Source: an uncultured cyanobacterium (GTDB taxonomy: Bacteria; Cyanobacteriota; Cyanobacteriia; Cyanobacteriales; Cyanobacteriaceae). From it: a DNA stretch of 29,285 bases. Position numbers and translations under genes: made by a program. The stretch spans positions 1 through 29,285 of the forward strand of contig CAVVOP010000028.1 in the NCBI GenBank assembly GCA_963749915.1. The letters are read 5' to 3'. A model generated the notes under the pieces. That model saw only the letters and a list, made by a program, of their open reading frames with translations, was not told the origin of the DNA and did not search any database. Below are positions 1 to 8,554 of this stretch, piece after piece (within the stretch, counting starts at the first letter, position 1; each line of letters starts with the position of its first letter).

Positions 1-144
1 AAATTAGGATCATAACGATTTCTTATTCCATCTTTTCGGGAGGTTGTGCAAAAAACCTCAAAATGTTTTACTAAGTTAAGTAATTCACTAGGTAAAATAG
101 CCTTTGGTGCCTCGCTTAAAATCTCACAATCCACGATTAGTCTG

Positions 145-390
145 ATGAAATTTCTGTTGATAGTGCCAGCTATCTACCTCCTTGGCATTATTATTAAATA
201 TGTTATGGATCTCCAAGATCTAGAGAAATTCAATGCCATTTGTGCATCTATGAATAATCTACAGACCTCTGATCCTAAAGCGGAAAAGATAAAAGCTAAA
301 TGGGCTTATGCTTTTGTTGCCTTTGTTGGCGCGCTGTTATGGCCTGTGCTTTTAGTCCATAAATTTAGGAGAACAGAGGAAGCTGATTAG
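145..390 (+). CDS. Small membrane protein (81 aa, two hydrophobic segments), transposon passenger
   Basis: ATG at 145 (MKFLLIVPAIYLLGIII...WAYAFVAFVGALLWPVLLV); preferred over the GTG at 46 because the hydrophobic protein starts here. Confidence 0.6.
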   Translation: MKFLLIVPAIYLLGIIIKYVMDLQDLEKFNAICASMNNLQTSDPKAEKIKAKWAYAFVAFVGALLWPVLLVHKFRRTEEAD

Positions 391-418
391 AGTTGGTAGA
401 TGGTTCTCAATATAGTCT

Positions 419-751
419 TTAAGGTGGGTATGCTTCGAGACCTGCCATCATCGCCCCTTCAACGGTACCATCCCGGTGTCCTGAGCCAGGAAACATCCAC
501 TCATCAGGATCATAGCAATTGTCACTGGACTTATAAATGGCAAAATCCCAGGAATTTAAGTCTCCTGTATATGTCAAGCGACAGATTTGTCGTTGATTAC
601 CCATAAAGTCAATGCGGTCGAGATAGAGATGATTGCCCCGGTAGCGAGGTACGTACTTGGCCATGTATTGCTGACCAACTTCCTGATTAAACTGCTCTAT
701 TATTTTCTCTACCTGAGCTTTAACTTGAGCCGGAATAGATGCCTTTGCCAT
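419..751 (-). CDS. Hypothetical protein (110 aa), transposon-associated
   Basis: ATG-started ORF identical to 26891..27223; a diverged 3' copy at 27629..27724 differs mostly at synonymous sites, supporting real coding function. Confidence 0.85.
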   Translation of the reverse strand: MAKASIPAQVKAQVEKIIEQFNQEVGQQYMAKYVPRYRGNHLYLDRIDFMGNQRQICRLTYTGDLNSWDFAIYKSSDNCYDPDEWMFPGSGHRDGTVEGAMMAGLEAYPP

Positions 752-826
752 AACGAAGGTTAAGTAAAAAAAGTTCTCGGGAAAATATTAACCTAACTAT
801 AACTGATCAATCGCCGTAAAATTATT

Positions 827-862
827 AAAAATCTTAGTTAAGTTTTCTTAGTTAAGATTTTT
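827..862. promoter_or_regulatory. Candidate operator upstream of the 110-aa gene
   Basis: AAAAATCTTA...TAAGATTTTT inverted repeat enclosing two direct CTTAGTTAAG copies; also present in the right arm. Confidence 0.35.
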
Positions 863-961
863 ATCTTATATATCAGTTTCTTTACTAAGTGACAGGAGAA
901 AGTATCTGAGGAGATAAAAAGCCATAATTAAGAGGGGGCAATAATCATAGCTTATTTGCAG

Positions 962-1160
962 TTAATTCTGTCTCAGACTGATGATTGCTGTCTCATTTGC
1001 ATTTAATTCTGTCTCAGACTGATGATTGCTGTCTCATTTGCATTTAATTCTGTCTCAGTTGCAAATAATCCTGTCTGAAATGAAAATTATAGTTGCAAAT
1101 AATCCTGTCTCAACTGTTTATGATTGCAGTCCCACTGTCCGATGATTGCAGTCTCTTACA
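962..1160 (-). mobile_element. Transposon end with array of putative transposase-binding sites
   Basis: About nine copies of a TAATTCTGTCTCA/GATTGCTGTCTCA/GATTGCAGTCTCT-like motif mostly at ~20-22-bp spacing, ending in ACA at 1160 (5'-TGT on the minus strand); includes a 41-bp tandem duplication starting at 962, 1003 and (partial) 1044. Confidence 0.85.
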
Positions 1161-1333
1161 ATTATGAATTAGCCAGATCTAAATACCCTAATTTCCGACA
1201 AGATTTTTCTACGGAATATGCTTGCATCTTAGCTCAGAGAAATGGTTACAAAATATTGTCTCGTGAGCGAAATAATAACGGCAAAATGCAAATCAAATTA
1301 CAAGCACCTAACCAAATCAAAATCAGAAGATAA
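1161..1333 (+). pseudogene. 3' fragment of DUF1257 (Ycf35-like) gene truncated by the transposon end
   Basis: FRQDFSTEYACILAQRNGYKILSRERNNNGKMQIKLQ resembles the DUF1257 C-terminus; lies next to DUF2997 and a Ycf46-like ATPase, its usual neighbours; frame begins at the transposon junction. Confidence 0.6.
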
Positions 1334-1398
1334 GCGGTCAAATGCGGTCTTGGAGGTTTCCTCTAAGAGCAATTTGACCAAGAAGTGGAGGTTTATCA

Positions 1399-1599
1399 GT
1401 GAAAAAAGAGAATCTAAAAATCATCTTAGAAATAGATAAATTAGGCGATTTTGACTTAGAAGTAATCAATGGCAATGGTAAAAACTGCCTCCAAGCAAGT
1501 CAAAAATTAGAGTCAGTTTTAGGTATTGTGAGCAATCGCAAATTCAAACCTGAGTATCGCCTAGTTCGACAAACGAACAAAACGCAACTACGGAATTAA
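1399..1599 (+). CDS. DUF2997 family protein
   Basis: 66 aa with I-D-x-x-G...V-x-x-G-x-G-x-x-C...LE-x-x-LG...KPEY pattern; GGAGG upstream; DUF1257/AAA context. Confidence 0.75.
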   Translation: MKKENLKIILEIDKLGDFDLEVINGNGKNCLQASQKLESVLGIVSNRKFKPEYRLVRQTNKTQLRN

Positions 1600-1600
1600 T

Positions 1601-2113
1601 ATGCAAATCAAAGAAAAAGTCTGGGAAAAAGTTTTGTCTCCTCAAGCGATCGATTTTAAGGGGAACAATACTTTTGGCGATCAAAATTGTCTTGATTCTG
1701 CGATCAATGTTTTGGAATTAGGCTTAGGGGAAAAAATCAATTTTGGAGTGGTTTTGATTTGGGATGAGAACCAAAAAATGTGGACAAATTTCTATGCTTG
1801 GCATTGTTGGAATATCACCAAATCAGGACAGCCATTAGATCTGAGTCTTCATCATTGGCAAAATGTCTTTTCTCAATTATCGCCAGCGATTGTTTCTGAA
1901 AAGTCACCATTGGACATGAGTTGTATTGTCTGGGATCGTACCATGAAATTTAATGCTTTTGAGCGTAACTCCACAACAGCAGACATCATTTATCTGAATG
2001 GTAGTTTAACCAGTGTCGGTTTTGATTCAATTCCCCTGAAAATCAAGACTCTTACCACAATGTCTGGTTTTACTAATGGGTTTACTCTTGAACAAATATC
2101 CAATCTTATTTAA
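1601..2113 (+). CDS. Hypothetical protein (170 aa)
   Basis: ATG immediately after the DUF2997 stop, consistent with an operon; no recognisable family. Confidence 0.7.
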   Translation: MQIKEKVWEKVLSPQAIDFKGNNTFGDQNCLDSAINVLELGLGEKINFGVVLIWDENQKMWTNFYAWHCWNITKSGQPLDLSLHHWQNVFSQLSPAIVSEKSPLDMSCIVWDRTMKFNAFERNSTTADIIYLNGSLTSVGFDSIPLKIKTLTTMSGFTNGFTLEQISNLI

Positions 2114-2342
2114 TTAAAAAAGCGATCGATGGGATTATTAAAAGTGTAACTGTAACCTTAGCACAGCTTCACCTACAGCGATCGCTTAATCATAGTTCTA
2201 GTGCGAACGTGCAGCACCACGGCAATAAATCAAGCTTCAGCAATCTCTCAAAACTAGATTTAGACAGAAGGTTGAAGCTTGGTTTTTATTCTTCAGGCAT
2301 GGTTTATGTCAATTTTAGTTTGATCAAAAAGGAGTCAAAAAT

Positions 2343-3938
2343 ATGGAAGTACAAGAAATTATCAATTATTTTCGTGCTAGCTTGCCGATCGTCGCTATTG
2401 ATTCGCCTGTAGCAGAAGAGCAAAGCATGATTGAGCAGATTTGCTCTCAAGTTGGTATTACTTTAAATATGAATGTTTTCAGTTGGAACTTAGTGGAGGG
2501 ATTAAAACAGGTTAAATATTCAACTAAACATGGTATTAGTCATGAAGAGGTTGAAGATTATCTAATTGAGAGTGATCCTATCTTGGATACTCTGAATTAT
2601 ATTGAAGAGCATTCAGGTAAAGCAATATTTATTCTGGCTGATTTGCAATACTATCTAGGTTGTGACCTCAATCGTACTGATTATGCCATTATCCGTAAAA
2701 TCAAAAATTTATGCTTTTCCCTCAAGCGATCGTATAAAAGGGTAATTTTACTCGGTCACCGAATGAATCTCAGTAGTGAGTTTGATGGCTTGATTCATGA
2801 ACTCTCTAATGATTTACCTCATCAAGAAATTATTCATTCCGTCATCAGGGAATGTTTTGATGATTTGATGGGTAATGATTATGTAATAAATCTAGACCTA
2901 AATACTCCAGGGGGAGAGAAGTTAATCAGATCTTCTCAGGGATTGACGATCGAAGAAATCAGAGATGCAATTCGATTATCAGCAGTTGCAGATCAAGGTA
3001 TCACTGAAAATTGTTACCAAAGAGTAAGCCAGTTAAAAATAAATAAATTACGTAAACTACAGGTAGAATTTAGTGAACCACCTGATGTGGCAGTAGGTGG
3101 ATTAGATAATCTCAAACAATGGATTAATCAACGTTCTAAATTGTTTTCCGAACAATTAAGTAACTCAAGATTACCATCACCCAAAGGAATCATGCTTGTT
3201 GGTGTACCTGGTACTGGTAAAAGTTTAGTTGCTAAGACGATCGCTCAGATGTGGAGTATTCCTATCCTCAAGCTCGATATGGGTAATATCTACAACTCAC
3301 TGGTAGGCGAGTCGGAGAAAAATATGCGTCAACTACTCAAAACAGCAGAAGCCGTTGCCCCTTGTGTTTTGTGGATGGATGAGATTGAAAAAGGTCTGGC
3401 TGGCAGTAGCGGTGGTAATGATAGTGGTGTCTCTCAAAGGGTATTTGGTCAATTCCTCACTTGGATGAGCGAACATAAAGCACCAGTATTCGTTGTGGCA
3501 ACGGCTAATGATATCTCTTCTTTACCCCCTGAGCTATCTCGTAAAGGTAGATTTGATGAAGTATTCTTTGTAGATTTGCCCAATCAAAATGAACGTAGTG
3601 AGATATTGGCATTGCACTTAAAACGTCATGATGTTTCCCTTACTACTCAGGAACTAGAAGCATTAGCTCAATTGGCAGATAATTTTAGTGGTGCGGAATT
3701 AGCTGGTATAGTTGACGATGCTGCGATCGCTTGTTTCGATGACGATCGCTATCCCGATATTGAGTATCAAGATATAGAAAGAGCTATCAAATCAACGATT
3801 CCTCTAGCGATTCGGGAAAAGGAGAAAATAGCTGGACTGAAAGCATGGGCTAAATCTTCTGCTCGTTTTGCATCAGTGCAAGTTAGCATGAGAAAAAATG
3901 TGAGAGCTAAAGGATCAAAAGAAGTTCAAATGCTGTAA
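2343..3938 (+). CDS. Ycf46-like AAA+ ATPase
   Basis: 531 aa; Walker A GVPGTGKS, Walker [10 protein letters not shown], second region of homology ATAND...[26 protein letters not shown] upstream. Confidence 0.92.
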   Translation: MEVQEIINYFRASLPIVAIDSPVAEEQSMIEQICSQVGITLNMNVFSWNLVEGLKQVKYSTKHGISHEEVEDYLIESDPILDTLNYIEEHSGKAIFILADLQYYLGCDLNRTDYAIIRKIKNLCFSLKRSYKRVILLGHRMNLSSEFDGLIHELSNDLPHQEIIHSVIRECFDDLMGNDYVINLDLNTPGGEKLIRSSQGLTIEEIRDAIRLSAVADQGITENCYQRVSQLKINKLRKLQVEFSEPPDVAVGGLDNLKQWINQRSKLFSEQLSNSRLPSPKGIMLVGVPGTGKSLVAKTIAQMWSIPILKLDMGNIYNSLVGESEKNMRQLLKTAEAVAPCVLWMDEIEKGLAGSSGGNDSGVSQRVFGQFLTWMSEHKAPVFVVATANDISSLPPELSRKGRFDEVFFVDLPNQNERSEILALHLKRHDVSLTTQELEALAQLADNFSGAELAGIVDDAAIACFDDDRYPDIEYQDIERAIKSTIPLAIREKEKIAGLKAWAKSSARFASVQVSMRKNVRAKGSKEVQML

Positions 3939-3955
3939 AAATTAAGGAGGTAAAA

Positions 3956-4235
3956 ATGGCTAAAGCATCAGATTTTTGGAGTCCGATCGCGCAGCGCCAG
4001 ACTCCGTCTGATCGATAAACGAAATTACCATGAAGATGGAACGATGAAACAGGAGTATCGTGATTTTCTGCTCTCTGAAGGTGTTTCTGAGTCTCGTATT
4101 GCTCAATATGAAGCTTTAAAGAAAAGACAGATTGAGCAATTTGAAGAAAGAGAACAAATGTATTTGAAACAGTATGGTATTACTTATTCAGATCTAACTG
4201 TGCAACGTGGGGGAACTGTCGAGCTAGATTTTTAA
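3956..4235 (+). pseudogene. Small hypothetical gene (~84 aa), copy 1, frameshifted by a 25-bp insertion
   Basis: AAGGAGG plus ATG at 3956; alignment with the copy at 7819 shows extra bases 3990..4014 leading to an early TAA; remainder is ORF 4044..4235. Confidence 0.75.
3985..4014 (+). repeat. Tiny inserted element with GATCG duplication (SDR-like, HIP1-core associated)
   Basis: GATCG-CGCAGCGCCAGACTCCGTCT-GATCG; the paralog near 7846 has a single GATCG. Confidence 0.75.
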
Positions 4236-4275
4236 CAGCATAGCTCAATCTGTTAGAAAGTTTTAATTCTAAGTT

Positions 4276-5637
4276 CAGTAGATCGAAAGGAAAAAAAATA
4301 AAGAGATTATTGGGACATAAGTACTAAGTAAAGGGTTCTATTTTAGAGGATAATGAAGAAATAGTATAATTAAAATTTATATTTTTTATCCCATGAAGCA
4401 AAAATATAATAATCAACAAGAAAAACTGGTTTTAACTGATCAAGAAACCTTAACACAAGTAGTAGATTGTCTCAATGAAAATATTTCTTTAAACGACCAT
4501 GGTAAAAGGAAAAATAATGATTTATTTCTGGTTTTAGTAAGAGCCGCTTCGACCCAAAATACTATAGAAAATTCTTCTAAAGAATTAAAATTAGCAACTT
4601 GTGGAAATAATATTCGATTTCATCTCAAAAAAATATCTGATTTCTTAAAATTAGAAAAAGAAATTAATACAGCATTAAAAAATCAAATTCCTTCTGGATT
4701 AAAAAATAATTGTTTAAATGTAGCAGTTGATTTTAATTTGATTGGTTATTATGGGGAACCCAATCAAGAAGAAAAACCTTATATTTGTAGAAGTCAAGCA
4801 AAAAATGGAACTTGTTCTTTTTATGGATATGCAACGATATATACGATTAAAAAAAATAAAAGAGTAACTTTAGGAATTAGAGCGATTCGAGTGAAAGAAA
4901 CGAAGGTTTGTATCTTAACTCATTTGTTATCAGAATTATCGAGTTTAAATATAAAGATAGAAAAATTATATTTGCATAGAGAATTTTTCAGCATATCAAT
5001 AATTAGATGGTTACAAGCATTAGAAATACCCTTCATTATTCCTGCTATTAGAAGAGGAAAAAAAGCAGGAATAAAACAATTTATGAGAGGAAGAAAAAGC
5101 TATGAGACTAATTATAAAATGTTAAAAAATGAAGAAGACTATGTAGATTGTCGCCTAGCAATAATTGTTAAATATAAAAAAGGAAAAAGAGGAAAAAAAG
5201 GAAGAGAATACTATATCTATGTAATAAATAAGATTAAGATAAATATAGAGCAAATTCATTCTTGTTACCGAAAAAGATTTGGTATTGAAAGTAGTTATAG
5301 AATGAAAAATGTTTGTAGAATTAGAACGACAACAAAAAAACCAGTTTGGAGATTATTATTTGTAGGAATATCATTTTTATTAGTTAATATATGGGTAAAA
5401 ATATTATGGAAAAAAGTAAGTAAGCCAAGAAAAGGAGGAAGATTAGTCTATAATAAAATATTTTCTTTAAAACAAATGTTATCTTTTCTCAACCACACAA
5501 TAGAAAGAATTTTTCAGGTAGAAACCAATGTTTATATACCAACAATATCAAACTAAAAATAATATAAGTAAATATTATATCAGTAGGTAAGACACAATGA
5601 AATCTAAAATCAGTAAAATTTTTATTTCGATCTACTG
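4276..5637 (+). mobile_element. ISH3-family insertion sequence (1362 bp)
   Basis: 13-bp terminal IRs CAGTAGATCGAAA / TTTCGATCTACTG; flanks AAGTT / AAATT (imperfect); single transposase ORF. Confidence 0.9.
4393..5556 (+). CDS. ISH3-family DDE transposase, probably catalytically impaired
   Basis: Motifs VAVDFNLIGYYG, LYLHREFFS (Asp expected at the His), YRKRFGIESSYR. Confidence 0.88.
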   Translation: MKQKYNNQQEKLVLTDQETLTQVVDCLNENISLNDHGKRKNNDLFLVLVRAASTQNTIENSSKELKLATCGNNIRFHLKKISDFLKLEKEINTALKNQIPSGLKNNCLNVAVDFNLIGYYGEPNQEEKPYICRSQAKNGTCSFYGYATIYTIKKNKRVTLGIRAIRVKETKVCILTHLLSELSSLNIKIEKLYLHREFFSISIIRWLQALEIPFIIPAIRRGKKAGIKQFMRGRKSYETNYKMLKNEEDYVDCRLAIIVKYKKGKRGKKGREYYIYVINKIKINIEQIHSCYRKRFGIESSYRMKNVCRIRTTTKKPVWRLLFVGISFLLVNIWVKILWKKVSKPRKGGRLVYNKIFSLKQMLSFLNHTIERIFQVETNVYIPTISN

Positions 5638-5640
5638 AAA

Positions 5641-6390
5641 TTGTCAGCCATTGGTTTGGAAGAATCAGAAAATAATTGGGATTTTGAGGTTGGCATTTTA
5701 ACTCGTCGTCGAGGCGGCATAGTTAATAACTATCAAAAAAACGACCAACAACAAGCTGAATTAGACAAAGAATTTTTAGCTCCTTACATGAATTATTCTT
5801 CAGAACAACGCAGTAAATTAGCCATCGTTGATGGCAGACTCTTTAATGGAGCTTGGAATGCTGATTCTGTTTTGCCTTACTGTGATTTGCTTGCTTTTGG
5901 TTCTTGGGGAACTTTTGGTAATTGCTTCGGCTCAACTTTGGCAATGGCAAAGATTTTGTTTCATGCTAATAATTCTGTTGCTCAGAAGCAACTTTATTTA
6001 GAAGCAGTTGCCCATGATGTCTTTGCTAATGGTTATAAGGAAGCTCAAAGAAATGAGGAAGCCAATAGCTTTCATAATCAGCTAGAAAGAGAAACCAATA
6101 TTACTTTTAATCATTACGAAGGTTACGAAGGATATCCAGATCCAGTGACAACTGGCAAAGTTTTTGAGAAATTAAACCAGCACGTCAATCAAAGAATGAA
6201 GCAACATTTTGTTGCAACTTCTTGTGTCCAAGATAGAAGTTTTCGCATAACTCCTCAATTATGGCGAACTTTTGAAAGCGAAGTTCACATCTGGCCAAGG
6301 CTCATAGATGAAGTTCACAGAGTGGGAATCTATCGAACAGACCTTGATGTTTTAGCTTTTAATCCATCATTTAGTGAAGAATTAGCTTAA
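5641..6390 (+). pseudogene. 5'-truncated gene, DUF4127-like C-terminal part
   Basis: Frame opens right at the IS end; LAIVDGRLFNGA...LLAFGSWGTFGNCFGSTLA resembles the DUF4127 GWNTAGN motif; family call is tentative. Confidence 0.5.
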
Positions 6391-6398
6391 TGTTTATA

Positions 6399-6608
6399 TA
6401 TTCTTTTTTTGTCACTTTCGGAGATTTCCTATTAATAAAAGGTTTTCAAAAGCAATAATCTCAATTAATTGAGATTTTGGTAATCGCATTTTTGTAATTG
6501 GAACACCTGGAAGATTTTTTCTTAGTAAATAATAGAGCAATCGCTTACAGTACAATAGTTATACAATTTAGAAATTGCAAGGGTTTTCGGAGAGTGACAA
6601 AAGAGGTA
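6399..6608. mobile_element. Degenerate MITE-like element (~210 bp)
   Basis: Imperfect terminal IR: TTTTGTCACTTTCGGAGATTTCCT vs AGGGTTTTCGGAGAGTGACAAAA; no ORF inside. Confidence 0.45.
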
Positions 6609-6711
6609 CATCACTGACGATCGTTAAGTTGAGTCAATTGTTCTGCTTTTCAACTCCATATTTTAGAATCAATAATAAGTTGATGAAAACTATAATTTAA
6701 GGAAATGTAAT

Positions 6712-7293
6712 ATGGGTATAAGATGCAATACATATTGTCAGACTTGTAATTTTCAAGCTCCAGAACTTGGTGATGGAGGAATGATGGGGAATCCGACTAT
6801 TCTCGATGAGAAAGAAGAACATGAGGACTATGTGCAATACAATTTTGGTTGGATATATTCAGGGCTACAAGCTATTAGTTTATTACCTCATGAAGTAGAG
6901 GCTTATAAGGCATTTTTAGAAGAACATAATGGGCATAAAATTGTGTTATCGACGGATAATGACGAACCAGATATTGATTGGGATAAATTAATAGAATTCA
7001 CTTATTCCCAGAATGGTTTTGTTAATGCTATTTACGAAATAGAGTCGGAAACTGGTGAAAAATTTCAAACAGGTAAATATTTATTTAAAAAATTTGCTGA
7101 AAGAGAACTTACGGCTGAAAATATCCAAATAATTATGGAGAAACTATTTGACGCACCTTCTTGGAACGATTCTATCTATCGTGTAGCACCATCAGTTGAT
7201 CCCTATGAAGATTTGGAACGTCTTGAATTGTTTTTTCGCCAGAACAATGGCAAAAAATTAATTGTAAGATTGGTAGAAGAAGAAAAAAATTAA
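6712..7293 (+). CDS. Hypothetical acidic protein (193 aa) with N-terminal CxxC
   Basis: Clean ATG ORF with AAGGA upstream; YCQTC near the N-terminus. Confidence 0.8.
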   Translation: MGIRCNTYCQTCNFQAPELGDGGMMGNPTILDEKEEHEDYVQYNFGWIYSGLQAISLLPHEVEAYKAFLEEHNGHKIVLSTDNDEPDIDWDKLIEFTYSQNGFVNAIYEIESETGEKFQTGKYLFKKFAERELTAENIQIIMEKLFDAPSWNDSIYRVAPSVDPYEDLERLELFFRQNNGKKLIVRLVEEEKN

Positions 7294-7613
7294 CTAAAAC
7301 CCATAAGGGACTTGCGTTTTAATCAGTTATCAGATAAATTTAAAAACATTTAGGTTGATTTATCGGAACTAGTTCCGCTGAATAGGATGCCAAAATACTC
7401 TTCGGAAAAGGAATATAAGGATTGATTACAAAACAAATATGAGGAGATTTTGGATTTTAAATCGCTAGATATCTAGATATCTCGTTTCGATGTTTTTAAT
7501 TAACCTGATGATGCTAAACTCTCTAACCATTGTATCTAAAGAAATTTCAAATCCCATCTAATAGAACCAGTGCCCTATTAAGAAACACAATTATTCTCAG
7601 TTAATATGTACTA

Positions 7614-7808
7614 GTGTTTTTTTTATTCATAACAGACGAAGATCGTCTGTGGAGCGCTCTTGAGAATGAAAAAGTCTATATTGAATACGATGGCATGGAA
7701 AGAGGAATTACTGAGGAGTTGATTAATATGGGTATTCCTGAAGAAGATATAGTTTTAGATTTTCACGCTCCTGAAGTGTTTAACAGTAAAGGTTTAGTAG
7801 TTAATTAA
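7614..7808 (+). pseudogene. xisI: XisI-family C-terminal fragment
   Basis: ENEKVYIEYDGMERGITEELINMGIPEEDIVLDFHAPE matches the XisI C-terminus; N-terminal half and xisH are absent. Confidence 0.8.
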
Positions 7809-7818
7809 GGAGGAAATA

Positions 7819-8072
7819 ATGGCTAAAGCTTAGACTTTTGGAGTCCGATCGACCAAAGAAATTACCATGAAGATGGAACTATAAAACAGGAGTATCGTGA
7901 TTTTCTGCTCTCTGAAGGTGTTTCTGAGTCTCGTATTGCTCAATATGAAGCCTTAAAGACAAGACAAGTAGAGCAATTTGAAGAAAGAGAACAAAGGTAT
8001 TTAAAACTCTACGGCATTACTTATTCAGATCTAACTGTGCAACGTGGGGGAACTGTCGAACTAGATTTTTAA
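7819..8072 (+). pseudogene. Small hypothetical gene, copy 2, frameshifted by a 1-bp deletion
   Basis: Direct repeat of 3940..4236; ATG GCT AAA GCT TAG stops at codon 5 (GCTTAGAC vs GCATCAGAT in copy 1). Confidence 0.75.
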
Positions 8073-8178
8073 CTTTTAAGGCGCTCACCGAAGGTGCGGC
8101 TTTGCCGACCGCTTTGATGAATAATTTTTGTCTGGCGATCGCCAATGCTTTATCGTTGATAATTAAGGTTACTGAATT

Positions 8179-8373
8179 ATGAATAAGCAAGAAAAATTTA
8201 TCAATAGTCCACCAGTAATAAAAAAGTTTAAAAGGAAAAATAAGGTAGAAAAAGATAAACAGTTTAATATTATTAGTTTTGCTGGAGATATTCTAATTAA
8301 TCGTTATTTTTTCCTAGCTATAATAATTTGTTGTTTGATGCTTTATATATATTGGTTATTTTGGATTTTATAA
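8179..8373 (+). CDS. Small protein with C-terminal transmembrane segment (64 aa)
   Basis: Basic N-terminus followed by FFLAIIICCLMLYIYWLFWIL; AT-rich so could be spurious. Confidence 0.45.
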   Translation: MNKQEKFINSPPVIKKFKRKNKVEKDKQFNIISFAGDILINRYFFLAIIICCLMLYIYWLFWIL

Positions 8374-8469
8374 AAATAAAAATAAATTAGTAGAATATGA
8401 CACTATATCTATTTAATCGTTGTCATATGACATATAGCGATCGCTTTGATAATTCTTTTTTGTTTGAGT

Positions 8470-8523
8470 GCGATCTGCTTGCAGCAGCGCTACGCTCCCG
8501 CGCAGCGCCACCTTCGGTGATCG
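8470..8523 (+). repeat. Cluster of small GC-rich dispersed repeats (SDR-like)
   Basis: GCGATCTGCTTGCAGCAGCGC...GCGCAGCGCCACCTTCGGTGATCG; CACCTTCGGTGA recurs at 9369..9380 and inverted at 8085..8096. Confidence 0.65.
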
Positions 8524-8554
8524 TCTTGATTTGAAACCTTTGTCCGTTGCCCTT

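Larger units (their letters stand above)
7..1160 (-). repeat. Left arm of ~1.1-kb inverted repeat (partner 26543..27636); terminal segment of a Mu/Tn552-like transposon
   Basis: GGATCATAACGATTTCTTATT at 7 is the reverse complement of the sequence ending at 27636; the 110-aa and 68-aa ORF translations are identical in both arms; homology ends at ...CTCTTACA (1160). Confidence 0.95.

Noticed and set aside
400..606. 68-aa ORF (and mirror 27036..27242)
   Set aside because: Antisense shadow of the 110-aa gene, whose frame is supported by synonymous divergence.
962..1160. Repeat array as CRISPR or plasmid iterons
   Set aside because: No unique spacers, no cas or rep gene; it ends in a TGT/ACA terminus and is linked to a transposase and ATPase in the right copy.
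3956..3970. MAKAS N-terminus shared with the 110-aa transposon protein
   Set aside because: Similarity stops after five codons; probably coincidence.
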